A stretch of 64,000 nucleotides of DNA, taken from positions 69,566,001 to 69,630,000 of the forward strand of contig NC_045696.1 of the NCBI RefSeq assembly GCF_009834535.1, written 5' to 3'. Source of the DNA: Camelus ferus. Lineage: Eukaryota. Shown here one piece after another: positions 61,861-64,000 of this stretch. The notes below the pieces were generated by a model that saw nothing but the letters and a program-made list of their open reading frames with translations, did no database searches and was not told where the DNA came from. Within the stretch, counting starts at the first letter, position 1, and every line of letters starts with the position of its first letter. A program made the translations under genes and the position numbers.

Positions 61861-63654
61861 TTCAGCAGCTGAAATTGCACAGTAGATTGTGGGCTCCTCC
61901 AAGCCAAAGACTGGAACTTATCTCTAACTTTTTTGCTGAACACAGAGTTTGGCTGAGTATTGGGTACAAAACAAATGTATACCAAATGACTAAATAATTA
62001 ATTGGCAAGAGCTCTTCGCTGGTGTAAATCCCTCCACATGACTTCATGTCTGTGACAATCTTCTTATAAAAACCCACCCTCCAATTCCTCCCCTACCGAT
62101 ATTCATTACTTACTACCTAATCCAGAAATACCCAACTTCTCTTCCCAAGGTGGAATGGAGAGCTTTGGCTTGAGGCAAAGGTCATAGGAGTCACACTCCA
62201 GGCCTCAAGTCCAACCCCATGGAGGAAGTCGCTGTGAAGTGTCCTGCACTGTTTCCCTGTAGCCAGAGTGCGACTGATGTTCTGTGATTATACGGCAAAG
62301 GACGTGTGGCCCCATGGGCTGCAGGCCTTCCGAGAGCTGGGCCTGAAGACAGACATCACTGAAGATGAATCCAGAAACTTCTGAGGAAACTAGATTAGAG
62401 AGCAGAATAAGTTGGGATGAGCTGAAGCAGGATGGGGGCAGATAAACTGGGGAGGAGGAGGACTCGGGATCTAACCTGGGCTCTGAGTCTAATGGGGGAG
62501 ACAGAGCCCTCAGGGATGTCAGCAAATCACTAGGAGGACAGCGGGTCTAGGATTGCACTCCAGCCACCAAACAGCACTGGTGTTACCTGGGGAATAAAGA
62601 GAAGCACTGAGGGAAAACTCCACTGGATCTGGCCAGTAGCAAAATGCTCTACTACAAAATTAAATATCATGGAACTGCTCGTTTAAAGTTCAGAGCACCT
62701 TTCCACCCACCCATTCGTGCTCACCCCACTCTCTTACAAAGTCAGGAGTTCATGCCTGATGAGCGCTGGGCCCAGGAACTCTAGGTTTCCTTTCGTGAAT
62801 TTCAACATTTCTTGGGCTATAAACAACATCCCAAATGCCCACAAGTAGAAGCAGAAAAGAAGGTGAGCAAGTTTTCCCTAAAAGTCCACACTGCATGCCC
62901 CGTGGTGCGGGTAGGAGGCAGCCCCATAGTTGGCTGGGACCCCCTTTGCTAGGGGCTAACCCCATACTTGGCGTCTTTCCTCCCCACTGCTGGCACACGG
63001 GGTGAATGGCAAGGCACACAAACAGAACAAGACAAGAAGAGCTCCCTCACAAGCCTCAGCATCCTGGAGGAGAGCAGAAAGCCGCCCCATGGCCAGCACT
63101 GGAGGGGGCAGAGCGGGTGGAGAAGGGAGAGGATTGCTTATTTGTTTCCTGGAACACCCTGTTAAGAATCTCAGCAGTTGCGGTTAGTGTGCGATCGTTT
63201 GGCAAGCGGAGTAGCTTCTCAGTCCTTCCCAGCTGCACGGGATCTAATTCGCAAATGCACCATCTTGCATTCAACTCTTAAATGGAAAACAAGCAGCCCC
63301 AGGAGGGAGGCAGGCGATCTAACTCAGCAAGCCCGTTTCGGAGGGATTTGTGCTTCTAGGTCGGTTGACTGGTTGGTGCAGGCTCTGGAGAGGATTTGAG
63401 TGTTGACCCTCTCTCATCTCGGGTCCAAAACCCACGCTGGCGGAGGTTATAAACTGCAATTAAACACAGTGAGAAAACGGGATTTGGTTGGGCCTTGGGC
63501 CTGCCAGTATAAGATAGTAACTAAAATCTGTTTGAGAGCTCAGATTTTAAAGGGACATACTACTTATTCTTCCCGCACTGGAAACCTGGTTAAAGGAAAT
63601 TAAGGCCTCTCTTAAAGGTAACTAAGATTAGAGGGCTCGGTTTCCGTTTTCTGT

Positions 63655-64000
63655 GTTTCTGTAGGCCGAACGCCCAGGTCGGTCAGCGAGTTTCTCTTCG
63701 GGTGGAATGACCAATTCCTGTCTCCTGAATTCTAAAATGATAACTTCGCTTGGTGCTGCAGCTGCGAACGACTGGCGCCCAGCGGCCCAGTCCTCTCGGT
63801 GGTGGTGCTGGGGGCCCGGGGCGGGAGGCAGGGGAAGGAGAAATAGGGGTGAAGTGGGAAGGGGAAAGAACCAAGCCTCAATGGAAAGTTGGGAGAGCTG
63901 CGAGGAGGGAAATAGCGGTGGCTCCTCTAGGCCCTCGGCTCCTTTAAGTTCTTCACTGACTCAGCTAAGCTTCCCCCTCAGGTCGCGTTTTTTATGAATG
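63655..64000. promoter_or_regulatory. Edge of a CpG-rich region, probably the upstream flank of the next gene's promoter island (ETV5 by synteny)
   Basis: About 18 CpGs counted by eye in ~340 bp, against a CpG-depleted background; GC box GGGGCGGG near 63817. Gene identity is inferred only from the human order DGKG then ETV5. Confidence 0.55.

Noticed and set aside
1..64000. A previously undescribed multi-gene system
   Set aside because: All credible coding sequence is explained by four DGKG exons, and the remainder by known repeat classes and non-coding DNA. I saw no intact transposase, RT, viral gene, processed pseudogene or structured RNA array.

Overview
This is mammalian genomic DNA, not prokaryotic, and is most likely camelid judging by the tRNA-derived SINEs and young L1 3' ends. 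It holds the last four coding exons of DGKG (diacylglycerol kinase gamma, + strand): 51-228, 19166-19286, 21505-21565 and 31226-31324. All have canonical AG/GT boundaries and phases that splice into one open frame ending ...[46 protein letters not shown] ~2.8 kb 3' UTR ends near an AATAAA at 34128. About 30 kb of intergenic sequence follows, and CpG density rises at the right edge, consistent with the approach to the promoter of the syntenic neighbour ETV5 (inferred from human gene order; no ETV5 exon is visible). The rest is ordinary mammalian repeat content (L2, MIR, L3/CR1, old and young L1, MLT1 LTRs, MER5/MER58/MER33/MER2 DNA transposons, lineage SINEs, microsatellites). The ORF track is almost entirely spurious apart from exon and LINE fragments. 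I found no evidence of a new biological system. The best leads are candidate cis-regulatory clusters in the DGKG-ETV5 interval, 3' UTR motif clusters, a perfect 53-bp tandem duplication, and several insertions with intact target-site duplications (TSDs). Repeat family names come from recalled consensus sequences, and boundaries without TSDs are approximate.
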